This document shows positions 15,001 to 28,476 of a DNA stretch of 64,000 bases, piece after piece. The position numbers were made by a program, and so were the translations under genes. The stretch is from Trichoplax sp. H2 (Eukaryota), in assembly GCA_003344405.1 (NCBI GenBank), contig NOWV01000195.1:1-64000 (forward strand), written 5' to 3'. Under the pieces are notes generated by a model that made no database searches, was not told the DNA's origin, and saw only the letters and a program-made list of their open reading frames with translations. How positions within the stretch are numbered: position 1 is the first letter of the stretch; every line of letters starts with the position of its first letter.

Positions 15001-18000
15001 TTTATATCATCAGCTTTATAAATATTTGGTTCAAGTTGAGTTATTTAGCTAGCCAGATGTTAACTTAATACATGTTTAATTGCCATATGATAATATATGA
15101 GATCATTTATCGTAAAATTTATAATGCATTATTTTTTATCAAGTTTACCCTTCCTCCTGCTGATTAAACAGTAGCAATAAAATGTTTATAGGAAGGGTTG
15201 TTATATCGGATATACATCCAAAAATATCAAATACACATGATGTGGTGCTCTATAGTTACCATTTAATTTTTTGATATAAAACATTTTAATCGTTACCATT
15301 TCTATATTGCCATCTGTAATATCAAATACCGAGTAATTGTTTAATCGTTAACTAATGGTTTATATCAATTGAATTGCCGATATATCCAATCTTATCAACA
15401 TCTTACGTCCAGTATTCCAGTAGATTCATGAGCCTGTTCATATTTCTACTAATGTTGGTATTGTATTTTAAAAATTGTGACGTCTGTTGCAGTTCCGTCT
15501 AGTTTCCTCTTTATAATTCTTGTACTGTCAGACAGCTTAGTGCTAGGAGATGATATGCGATATTAAATTTAACGGATTTATTTCGGAAAAATGCCATGAA
15601 TTATACCTATTGTACTTTAATTTGAAATAGCGATATCATTTATATCTATTTATTAATAAAATTCCGCTAATTTTAATACTAGTTAGCATGTTATGGAAAT
15701 ACGTAATTTTGCGCTACACATTCCCATAAGAGTTTTGGTATTGATTCAATGTTAACATACTTTTTTGAATAATTCCTCCAATGCTAACAGGAAACTACAG
15801 ATAGTAGGCTTTTTTGCTCGTTCCTTTAAACAATAGCTTTACTAATATTTTTTAATTAATGAAAATTTTACGTAATGACCACAACTTTGAAAAAATTTAC
15901 TGCTTTTTTAATCGTTTGACATACCAAGTTCGTTATATCATAGTTGCGGTTGTGGGTTTTAAAATTTTAATAGTGATAAGGCATAATTTTTTTCAATCTT
16001 GCAACATAACCATTGCAAGGGGTTAGCTTACTGTCACTTCTAGTGTTGTACTGCATACATACTTACATAGCATATCTATAATAGTCGTATAGTTTTAATG
16101 ACAGAGATAGCTGATCTATAATTAATGTCATGTTTCTTCTTTGCATCATAGAAAAATGTTCAGAAGTTATTTTTTAGTACCTATGATCCTTTTACAGTAG
16201 CACATTATACGCGATTAAACAATCAGATAATATAATTAGCTTAAATATACCTAGCTTATCCTTACTCAAAGAAAATGGTCTTTTTCTTAAGTTAGGGTCA
16301 GGGTTATGAATCTTATTTTGGCTTTCCTCGATTACTAAACGAAGCATACTACAAGCAAGCCATTTCTACCTTAATCTCAAGTTTATATTATAGATAGGGT
16401 CTTTGCATTTTCAGATCAAGTAATTTATGCTACACAGATTCACAGTAATTATCCGGGAATTTAATTTATTTAAATAGAAACGATCTTCTCCAAATACGTT
16501 GCATCTTAACTTAGCATGTTAGCTTATCATTTAGTCCTTCGCAGTCTAACCCTTTCAAATTCCTACAGTAATAAAAAAAGATTTTTATAGAAGCTTAAAT
16601 AAAATTTTTCCTTCGAATGATTATCAATAATGCGTCATTTATCATAATTTCCATCATATTCCAACTTGATTTTGGTAGATGGCAGGTTGAGATCTCTTAA
16701 GTGCTCTTTTCTGTAGTTGTAGTCTCACAATTTTACGTGTCTATATTCTTACATGATCTTGGCAATTAAAACCATTTCCGTTTCAGTATCACTTAAATTT
16801 TGAGGGCTTATTCCGCAATGATTAGTACCGATGCTATTAATATTGAGGCCTGGTGACTTTTTTTACGTGGACAATTTATTAATTTCATGTCTTAATAAAA
16901 TTAAATTCTTAAATTTTAAATATTATTTAGAATTATTTCTATTGAAATCAACGGGAAGTAAAGGGATTTTTACTATACTTACGGTATTAATATAACAGTC
17001 TCAACTATATTTATAGCTGCTGAATTATTATGTATTGAAATACTAAGGGAAAGATTTAAGTTATTATTGCTGCTTATTACATAGATAGCTCTAATATAAT
17101 GCGGATATAATTTAATTTCATAAACCCACAATACTCCTCGATGTTGCAATACTTCAGGACTGCATATCAGATTATGGAAGGAACTATATCCAAACAATTT
17201 GTAGTAAGCGTAGAATATTCAAATTAGGGCTTTTAAGATGAATTTATAGTAATCCTCCAAAAAACTGTATAATTAAATAAATATTTCCAAAAATTTAATA
17301 TTTTTTATAAATAAATAGCCAAAATCGTTTTTATACTCTATTTAATTACTATACATATTCGTATATGACAACCGATCTTGGCCAGAATTACAGCAATCAA
17401 GAACTTACATAGATTAATGTATTGAGAATGGATTCTATTGTAAATGGAAATTAAACCAAAGTATAGACAGCATTAATTTTAATTATAGATCGTGAAGGTC
17501 AAATCATGGCCGTTTTATTCGTTAGTGTTAGTTTTGACGTAAGACTAAGTAAGGTCACACTATGCAAACAAGGTGATCAAAATCTACTATTCCAGTGTTA
17601 ATCTGGCAGATAGGAAGCATAATATACCAGCTTTCATATTCCCAATTTATTGACTTACTTGCTGTCTTGGCTTAATATAAATTTTTAAGCTTTTTAACTT
17701 TACGACAAGATGGAGTAAGAAGAATATTTATACGTACATGGAAAAGTTAATTTTGCAGAAAGCATGACCCAAATTTTACGAAATTTGTCTAACAAAATTG
17801 TAACATATAGTACTGGATTGACAGAAGATAATTATGCCTTGGCTAATCGTGCATAAAGTGGGTGAAAATAGTAGTTATCACTAGATAGCATATTATTACA
17901 AAAATGGCTGAATATTTAGCATTTGATACAGATAATCAAACAATAGTGAAAAACGGCTGATAGCCATTAAATCATTGGGTTTAAGAAAATTCTTAATAAA

Positions 18001-20825
18001 TTAATCAATTATCGAAATGAGTAATCAAGAATTTTTATCACAGTCAATCGCAAACACAAGTAAAACACGCAAGATATTGTATTGAACTAATTAGTTAAAA
18101 TGTCCATGTTTTGATTACAGTTAGCCTTGAATTATATAAAACTAATCAACCATATCAAAATGAGATAACTGCAAAAGATTCAATTACGATGGCTGTCTCA
18201 CACTTATTTGTCTAATTTTCCCAACTTTGGATTATCAGATCAATTTAATACTTTCTAATTAGAAGTTATATGAAGCAGATGCTTTAAGATAGTTATAAAT
18301 CATTATGAAAGAAAAACGATAATAATTAAAGGCTTGATTACTGACTGCGTAGAAGAAATCCTTAAGTGATAGTTGAAAGAATAAGACATATAAAAGATAA
18401 AGGCTTCATCTCAACTGCTTCACTATTGGATGTGTTTGATTCATTAATCAGTTGAACCTCTATATTTATGATTTTATTAATTATAAATTGTTCGATAAAT
18501 GATTAATTTGACATAACTTTTTCTTTACGCTGATTCACTCGCTTTCTTAAATTATTTTTTTCCCGTGAAAATGATACCAAATACATCTTATTCGTTATTG
18601 GATATAACTGATACTTAGATTATACTACTGCGATCCAAGGAATAATTTTATATAAACTCAAGCAATAATAAGCGAGTATAATGCTTTTTGTATATCTATT
18701 ACATGCATTCCTCATTTTTTGGATTAATGATTAAGCTATTTTAACTTTCGATTGCTAGCTTTTGATAGTAACTAATTAGTCACGCTTAATTAAGGGTGTA
18801 GTTAGTTTTTAATACAGATCTAATTTCTCTTGTATTTCTAATATCAGTCATTTCATTGATAAAGGATATAAAGTAATAAATGTATGGTTGAATAGAATTC
18901 TAGACCATAAAAGTCATTATCATATGCTAATTTCTGAATCGAAGCATTAATTTCAATTTCTCTTTATCAAACAATTAGATAGATTCACTTATGCAAAAAT
19001 AGTTTTTTAAATAACACTGAAAAATGTTTGATTTCTTCCATGGAAATGTTTGTTTACTAGTCTATAGAATTTGTAAAAGATGATAACATATAATATCGTA
19101 GTCATAATCTCCGATTGAAATGAGATTTCTTGATTGTTTCCTCATAATTAATAATTTTTGATTATTTAATACGAGAAAACTGACACTGCTAAATCTTTGA
19201 TTTTTTAAATAGTTTAAATTGTCTACATTTCAGTGATTAAATCAATTGCAAATAGTAGAAAATATCCTTTGATAAAACATTCTTAATGGAAAAATTAATA
19301 TATTAGTCATTCGTTCTCCCATTACCGAGCCCATAACATGTATCCAAAATCACTGTATCTTTTAGAATATGAGAATGTGAAAGTAACACTTTATTAGTCT
19401 TGGTCATCAGTCTAATGCGATATACTGAATCTGCGTTAAGCTCGATCGAATGGTAGATCTTATATTTCTTTTTCTTTCTTCTGTTCATACATACATGTAT
19501 TTAATGCAGTAAAGTTCGATATCAATAGAAATATCCTTTATGAACTGTGAAAAAAGATGATCGAAAATTAAAATGAAGAAGCAATGCCGAAATATTTGAA
19601 GGGTAACATTATTGTTACGTCAATCGAGCAATAAAGAGAACAGAATTACAATTATAATTGCTTATTTCTATCATCTTTTTATAAGCTAATTCTAACTGCT
19701 AACTACAAAAACTACTCTTACAGAATTAAGTAGACATTGATATTGAATGGATCTCGCGAAAAATCCTCCTTTAGATGTATTTGCTTGATATAAATCATCC
19801 TGATAATTGTACGTAACAATAAATAACAGAAACTTATTGTTGGAATATATGAAAGAATGAGTAATTGTAATAATAATGCACATAATGTATGTATTTATAA
19901 GGAATGGCAAAGTTCCTACTTTTTCTTTTTTTGTTAAAAATCATTACTAACGTATCCTTTTAGATAACAGTTATTTTTTTGCTTACCTAACGTAATCAAT
20001 ACTACCGCACATGCCCAATACTATACGAATCGATTGTTAAAAGTAACCATGTATATTTGGTCAATTCTATTTGACGATATATTAATTAACACAAACTGTA
20101 TTAGCAACGGTGAGTAAATTCAATTGGCCTTCAAATTCGGATATTGTACAGAATCCTATTACTTTAACTTACTTACTCCTTTGAGTTTTACCACTCATAC
20201 TCATTACCGAATAAAAATTTTCACTTATTCCGTTACAAATAAGGATTCCGTAATATCACTAAGTTAAAAGTTAAGTATCCAATATATAAATTACAGTTAC
20301 TTAATAGTGTGATGTTCCATTTATCTTTTCTTTAGTCAATCTAAACAAAATAGGAATAGAATATTAGACAATAGCTCATGAGAATAAAATCAATAAGTAA
20401 ACAGATAACGACGAAGCGATTCGCCAGGTACAGATATAATCAAATACGACATGGCATTAGATAACAGATTCTATCTTATCTAATTGATAATTTTTTTACG
20501 TGTCCAAATCTACATTTTGAATAATTAAGATGCAAAATGCTTTTACAAGTAAGATAAACCAGACAACAATAGGTATTATTTCAATTTCAGCTTTAATAGG
20601 GTTGCAGACTTTCATATTTTAACAGTTTTTTCAATATTGGCCACGCTGTTGATGAGCTTAGCATGCTTGTCTGGTAAAACGGATAGAACTACATGATCGG
20701 TCGACCTAACCAATCTATTTTGTTACATACTTATAGCGGGTTTTAAAGAAACAAGCAAACGTGATTGACCTTGGCTGTTATACGTATAATTTAGACAAGA
20801 AAGAGTATCAAACTTTGGTATTATC

Positions 20826-23800
20826 ATGGATAACTGTACTAATTGCTATCTCAATTTAAATCTTTCAAAATTAAGCGACACACATGAACAACTAAATTCC
20901 CGCATTAGTATCATCATCGTGAATTTGATGTTCTTGTTGTTGGGATTAATATTCAATCTAACTCTTTTCAATTACTATATTTGCAAGAAGAAATTGATGA
21001 CGGTTACAGAAGAGCAAATTGTTAGCTTGGCAATATCTGATATGCTATATATCATGATTGGGTAAGTTGATATTCATTACTAACTGTAAGTCAATTTAGT
21101 TATATTTCAGAATTGATTAATTATAAATCATGGAAAACTGATTTAAGATTAACATAAAGGAGTTTAGGAACTCAAATGGCTTTTAATAAATGGGTGGTTA
21201 TATCAATTTTTAAGCTATTTACTGCCATGGCCAGCTTTATTTGATTCTCATTGTATTAATTAGTGATTATTTCTAATACTTAAAATTGGAAGTAATTATT
21301 ATTTTATACCCCTCATTGTGAATTAGAATCATTCTAGCGAGTCCATCAGTTAGGAAGGAAACTCTTTTTATAGGAAGATTACATACGGGCTTCCAATGTA
21401 AACTAGTAAAACATGAAATGTGCAGTAACCTTAGCAATTTTTACAGAGTAGCTAATACTTTAATGTTATTTTTCTAGCCTTCTTTGGACAGTTTTCAACT
21501 ACTGATGATATCTAATGCATGAAATGATGAAACTGACCTCTGACTCAGCTAGATATACTATGAGAACATAAATGTAGACTGCATTTAAAATTGATGGAAT
21601 ATTATCATGAGTACATCGCCATTAAAATTTTAATAGTTCCACGAAATAAAGCAACATATTTTAGTTTAATGGCGTTAATGCTTGAAATTAGTTCACCGTT
21701 ACTTATAACAAACAAGCAATCAATTTTTTTATGATCTTCTAATAGTTCTACGGTAATGTTACATGATAAGTGTTACATTTCACAAGAGCGAATACAAAAA
21801 GCAGTTGTTTTATATTTTTACTCTGAAAAATCAACATTTACAACACATGCGCACATTTTATAAACAAGAAATTACTATAATTTTAATTAATGAAAGACCA
21901 CGCTGTCTGACTAAATCAGAAAATTGCTATTAAATGTTTGTATTACACCTATTGATGAGAATTACTATTTTTTCACCTAACTATAATTGTTATTTAAGCA
22001 CGTATATTACAATATGGAGCATTCTATGTAATTGCTCAGCGATCGATAAATTTAAAATTATTATTGTAAATTTTTTCTCAAAGGCTTTGATGATGCATCA
22101 TTATCTCATGAACTGCAATACTATGAAAGGGAAAGCGAAATAATTTTAGTTCTTACATTTACACAGCTACAAGTAATGATTAGTAATTGTGACAGTGTTA
22201 TATACTGTATTAGAGTAGAAATATCTATGTTAGGATGACCCTGTTAGCCTATCCTTATTTAGTTAACTTCTAATTTGGATATACTGTATTTTAATATAGC
22301 ACTGACTTTTTATGGCAGTGATACTTATACACATACTGAAATTAATAGCCATGATAGGGAATGCAAATCATCTACTTACAGTTCGAATTATTGTGATTGT
22401 AATTTACTTGTAGTAGATTGTAAATTATCGTGGAAATGTTCCGTGATAGGACATGTCGTAATCTGACAATTCTGTTTTAGTCATTACATGTCTATGTTCG
22501 TAAATACTGTTGTCCGCATTAAGGGAGCAGTAGCTAAAATTAATATCTAATTCAGTAAATGATTCCAATGTTAATCGTATTAACTATGACTCATGAACTA
22601 TTGAGGAATAGTACATAAATGCAGTATATCGTGTAATAAAGTAGATTCTCAAACTTAGTGTTTAACGTAAAATACAAGGCGTCTAAGTCTTTGTGTAGTT
22701 TGCTAGTAGAGCAAAAGTGTTTGTGATAGTGCAGATATCGTTCCTTGATACGTGGTTCAAGGAATTGACTTATTGATCGTACATTACGTTATCTTGTTGC
22801 AAAGCTGTTTTGTGACAGTAATATATAATAATCTTATTATCTTATTGAAGATTAATGCCATAGCATCATAAACTACTAATCTACACATTGGGATGTATTG
22901 TAAGATATTATTAAAGAATTAGTAAGCTTCTTCTATTACGAAAAATATCAAGATTTGCTTTACAGTAAATTATATATCGATTTAAGAATTATTATGAACA
23001 TTTTATTTGTTCATATTAAGGTGTTCATTATGTGTTATTCAGCAGTATGAATAACATAATTTTGTATACTAATAGTTGTAAATGCTAATAATCTTATACT
23101 TTATATACGCTCTTTATTTTTGTAGGTCTGGCATCCAATTACTAATAGCATTTGTCACCATAAACAATCAATTACCTATTTTCTTATATGATTCGATCGC
23201 TTGTCGACTTCTTGCTGCTATTCAGGCGTCGTTGGCCAAAGTTAATGTCTATACTATGACATTGATTTCGGTTACCCGTTATGCAGTCATTGTTAAACCT
23301 ATTAAATATCAACCCTATCTCAAGCCAAGATATAATCGGATTGTTCTTGCCATTATTTTTACCCTATCCTTTGGCTTATCGATTTTGCCTGTTTTTCAGT
23401 TATGGGGAAAATATCAATATTCTAACCAAACTGGTTTATGTTTTCCACTATCGACGGCAGAGAATGATCCAGCTGTTGTTTCTTATGAAGTTACCATGGA
23501 TTTAACATTTATATTAATACCATCTGTTATTATGTTTTTTAGTTACTTTAAAATTATTTTACTTTTACGTCTAAGCCGACGCCAAATTACAAGTTACCAC
23601 AACAATAGTACGAAAAGCATTAATGCAAGCAATTCTACTAATACATTGTCAGCAACTTCATCGATTGCAAAAGTCGTTTCTTTTACCCTTCAAAGTCGTC
23701 TATCATTTCATCGTAAAAATAGTGTTAGCTTTCGCTCCAGCATTCGCCAACTTGAATATCGATTAACCAAAACGATTATGCTAGCTTTCATTGTCTTCTT

Positions 23801-23996
23801 AATATCTTATTTTCCCCATTCAATATCATGTACACTTGCACTGTTTGGTATTACCATATCATCGACAACATCAACAATCCTACTTCATTTAACATACGTT
23901 AATGGTATACTTGGTCCGTTAATTTATATAACTAGAAGTGCTAGAGTGAGACAGTCGTTACGGTGTAACCGACGCATTATTCACGTTGCACATTAA
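20826..23996 (+). CDS. Class A (rhodopsin-like) orphan GPCR, 2 exons (20826-21061, 23126-23996)
   Basis: Exon 1 (MDNCTN...SLAISD) ends GG|GTAAGT. The acceptor TGTAG at 23125 is in frame with the 23082 ORF. Motifs: TM3 IACRL, TRY variant of DRY, EL2 WGKYQY..GLC, TM6 SYFP, TM7 ILGPLIY. Confidence 0.9.
22188..22817 (+). mobile_element. Solo-LTR-like element, family A copy 3, inside the GPCR intron
   Basis: Termini TGTGACA...TGTGACA with a perfect TSD GTAAT (22183-22187, 22818-22822). Confidence 0.88.
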
Positions 23997-25081
23997 AGGA
24001 ATTAATTATATATTATAATTATTTGTGCTATTAGCCAATATCGTAAATATCAATTTATTATAGATAACATCAACAGTTTCGAATAAATACAGATACCAAT
24101 CTGCAACTTTAAGTTGAATAAGTATAATACTTTTCATTACAATTAGCGTGGTAGAGTATTTGCAAAATTTTTATTGTTGTCTAGACAACGCTTTGATTAA
24201 AATTTTAGTGAATAATATGCAGTAACGCCATTGTCGCCATAACATTTTTTATCACCATATCAGTAAAGTTGATAATATTATGGTACGTAAAGACAAAAGA
24301 TTAGCGTGGCTAACAGAATTTGAAGTGATCTATGATATGTAAAAAGTATTTACTTTCATTAGCGAAATTTGCAACTATTAATACAATGGAACCAATTCGT
24401 ACTTGTTAGTAACCATCAATTTAAATTATAATTTGCCGGAAATTTCGTTGCTGATTTTCGCATTGAAATAATTTAACGTTCTTAGTGTTAGTACTCAAAT
24501 CTAGCCATATATACCCAATACTGATGCCAAATATTCTCCACAGTTCTTCAACATGTTGTTGTATGAAATTTAGGAATTAATAAGCTAGGGTGATACCTAA
24601 CTTACATGTGCCAAAATATTGTCAGCGAGCAATTTATAAGCATGGACAATTTTATCTCGGGACAAAATTTTCACAGCTAAAGTGGCATTATTGTAATTGC
24701 TTAATAAGCTGTTGAAGGCAATAACTAAATTGTTATTAGATGTTGCTGACACTGCTCATTGAAGTCGCAACACATAATTTATTATATACGGTAAACAAAA
24801 TACGTCTGCCATACTTTCAAAGCAACCGTTTCCGATTGTCAGTTGAATGGACTGTTATACAATTTTTAATACTCGAATAAATTCCTTTTCAATCGATAGC
24901 TATAGGACAATAACAACAATCCAAGAATAAAATTGATTTTTTGTGAACTTAATCTACTAATTATCGTACACAACTAGATTTTGCAGTAATAACATAATTC
25001 TGCAGGATGTACGCTGCTAAAGTTTCAAATAAATATCAGGTACAAAATTTAATTACGTACATTACTATTTTATAGTACATG

Positions 25082-28000
25082 TTAAGCATTCTTGTTATAC
25101 AAAATAGATTGAATTAATTCTTTGACGTCCGAGATGGATAAGTAATGCAACCGTTGAAGAATGCGCTTTTCACTAATTCCAGCTTCCATTAATTTAGCTG
25201 TATTCCCGCAAAGAAGAGCGTCATCCAGGTCATGATTCCAACCAATAAAGTCTAGAGTGTAACGATTGAGAAATTAATCAAAGATCTAGTCTATTGGATT
25301 TTACTATCAGTAGACAAAATCTAATAACTTATATACCATCTTTCGTTTTGTTATGCTTTAAATAATAACGTGTGTCATCACACTTTCCAGACAAAGCACG
25401 ATAGACGCATGCCACTCCTGCCTCCGCCATTTGCATACTAGCAGCAAGAGCCTAAATTATTGGATATTCCAGCTTATTCTATAGATTAACTAATTCATAT
25501 TCTGTATCGACAAAAAATAATTGCATTTAATTATTAGATAGTGGTCATTTCTTAGCTAACCTTGATTTCAGCGTTGGTATCTTTTCTCATATCTTTCTCC
25601 CACATGCACTCTATAAACATAGTATATGCAATAAATGTGGCCAAAATTATGAGTATCGACAGTATTCCTTATTGATTTAATATTTGGAATCAAATTTTAA
25701 AGTAAAATGCTCTCGCGCTTTATAAGGTTTTAAAATGTAAACTACTTAAGGTGTTACATGTGCAGTTAACTATTAATTAGTTTTCTTCCATAATACCATG
25801 GTGTTTCCGCATTTCTTGTACTTGATCGGTAACGCTATGTGCAGAATATCTGTCGCTAGATTTTGCATCCCGTAGTTCATAACCGAAATCGCAATAAAAG
25901 TATTTGCTAAGGATTTCCTCGTTGATTTGATTACTAAATTCCAAGTTTACATTTTGATCGCCAGTTGAAATTTTCGGAATATCAGGATCGTCGTTTTGTT
26001 GATTTAAATTTTCTTCGTCAATAAAAACGATTTGTTTTCTATGATTTTTCTCATCAACTGCTGCGGATGCTTCATTATCCAATATCGTACCTTTACAAAA
26101 CTTATCGTGGTTATCATCACCATTATTTAATCGAACTTGATCCTGTATTGTAACTATTATATTAATGAAAGATTTTAATAACTAATATTCACAAGCTTTA
26201 CGATACTTTTACTAACAATCAATTATCTGCTGTTGTTTATGCTTGCTCGATAATGTTAGTAAATCATCAACTGATTCGCGGCCATCCTTATCAATATTAT
26301 TCAGGTACGCTAGCGAATAAAAGGGTATAAATGGAATTTCGTAATTTATGATTCTCTTATGAATTAAATCTACCATCAATCTAGATAAATATTTTATAGT
26401 TACTTTAGCAGTAATATTGATATATTAAAGCAAACCTGAATTTTTTCCATCATCACTGTTAATTTGTATATTTTCATAGTCCAAATCACTGTTATATGCT
26501 TCACCTCCACCGACAACAGGACATTCATCCTCACCTTTTGCTGGAGCCAGCATGCCATTTTGGCTATTAACTTGTGGTAAAATAACTTGACTATCGTATT
26601 CATGACCAACAACACGGTCATAAAGGGTAGGTTCTGGTTCATTTAGTATAATTTCCTCTTCCTGACACTCTTTATCATTTTCGTTTTCAGATACAAGATC
26701 AATTACTGGCGGATGTGAATTTTGTTCAGGCTTGCGAGAGGAACAGATTGAAGCAACTTCAAAGCTTGTGTCAGTCCATAGTGTGATACTTGGCTCTCTT
26801 TTTAGCCGCTTGTTGCTTCCGTTGCTGATGGATATTTTCGATTCACCTTATAATCAGCGAAATAGCTGAATTATGATATGTTAAAAATATCTATGTCCTC
26901 ATGCTATTATTAAGATAACATACTTTGATGCTTCATGACTTCTACTTGTAACTCTTTCTGCGATTTTACTGCACGACGATAGTGCTTTCGCATCAACTTC
27001 TTCTTGTAATGGTCCTTCATCGATTGCCACGAATGACAAGTTATCTACATACACAGTTCATTTTTCGTATTAGAGCTATTGACAAGTCTATTATTAGTGA
27101 ATACGAGTATTGTACCGTATATAAGCATTACAAAGATTGAGAAGGAAATAAAGTTGCTACCTTTTTCTTTTCCATCTTTTTCCAAATTTCATTACCACCA
27201 GCTGGTAATGCAGGACTACCATAGTTTTCAATATACTCTAAGATAGCAGCATCTTCGGCAGTAGTGTAAAATAAACGACTGAATAGAAAATACAACGATT
27301 ATTTCCCATCTTATCTTACGTAATAAGCTATAGACTTTTATTGTATTCGAGTGCATTGCTTTCTTCTCAGTCATAGTAGTTCTTAGAAGTATTATCACTA
27401 TACCGTATATCGTATGTATATTCATGCGCTAAACTGGAAAGCATGATGTGGATATACATGTTACGAATACTGATCCTGGATGCAGAAATGTTTATCATAG
27501 TATACATTCATCTTCCGCTATACTACATCTCTAATAGCTTTACACAAATTTTCTTTGACAGAATCTACCGTGTAACATTAGTAGCTATTTGTAAGATCCT
27601 TCTTGAACTGGTATTGCTTTCTTTATATTCTTAGATATGACATAACAACTGACCCTGTCGACGATTTCTTAGTGCAAGTTTCAACCGCTCCTGAACGACT
27701 ATCCGGACACCTAAGGAGAAAAAGTCAATTTGATAGTTTTGATAACAACGTCTCTACTTGTTAATTCAATAGTCTAACACTTACATATAACTTTCAATGT
27801 CTTGAAGAGCATTATTGGCTACAGAATCGAATATGAAACTTGCGGAAACATAACCAAGAGGCGTTAGAGTATCAGGTTCAGCAAGTCTAAGTAAACAGTG
27901 TTACACGTACAATTGTCAATAATTTCATCATCATTCTAAGTATTTAGATACAAGCTTAACAACACCAATGTTGATAAAATTTGATTCACAGCGACAACAA

Positions 28001-28476
28001 TATCACTAGAATAGATAAAGTCCCTATTGCAAACATAATTTTAACGATATTGTTAGCCAAACACTACCTGATTACACCATCAGTAGGATGGACAATAACT
28101 TGACCGCCACAACTCTGAAAAATTGTAAAAGAAAGCACATCACTGACGTATTGCTTTTACAGCAAGTAGCAATGTACTCATTGCTACTTTATACAAGTTT
28201 TCTTGATACCCTCAATTAGCCGTAGCTCATACTGAAAAATTTTTATCTGTACTTGCGACAATCGATTGGAAGATTAAACTTGCATCGCTACTGCTTTTTA
28301 AATTAATCTATCAAAGTCCCAAAAAATCTTGACTCCATTGCAAACTGGATGTTCAGAAATGAACTTACCTCGATCAACGGGCGTACTTTCCCTTTCGTAG
28401 GACATGGTTTAATATAAAATTTCATCGGTTTACCATCTGCATCTTGGAATAGATTTCGATTGAGGTTATCCCCCAT
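25082..28476 (-). CDS. TERF2IP: Telomeric shelterin protein RAP1/TERF2IP homologue (BRCT, Myb, acidic linker, RCT), about 12 exons
   Basis: Exons 28476-28369, 28114-28068, 27886-27785 and 27710-27654 give the BRCT-like LFQDADGKPMKFYIKPCPTKGKVRPLIESCGGQVIVHP...VSASFIFDSV. Exon 27278-27161 plus the exon starting at 27044 give the Myb GRLFYTTAEDAAILEYIE...GGNEIWKKMEKKKITCHSWQSMKDHY (vertebrate RAP1 has HSWQSLKDRY). The last exons give the RCT-like GWNHDLDDALL...RILQRLHYL, ending at TAA 25084-25082. Splice phases are consistent where checked; the middle exon boundaries are less certain. Confidence 0.88.

Noticed and set aside
16291..16306. GTTAGGGTCAGGGTTA, a telomere-like repeat or telomerase RNA template candidate
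   Set aside because: Only about 2.5 degenerate units, with no supporting structure, 9 kb from RAP1; compatible with chance.
15400..18400. Patches that look like decayed coding sequence
   Set aside because: The frames are interrupted by stops and show no identifiable motif; this needs a tBLASTx search I cannot run.
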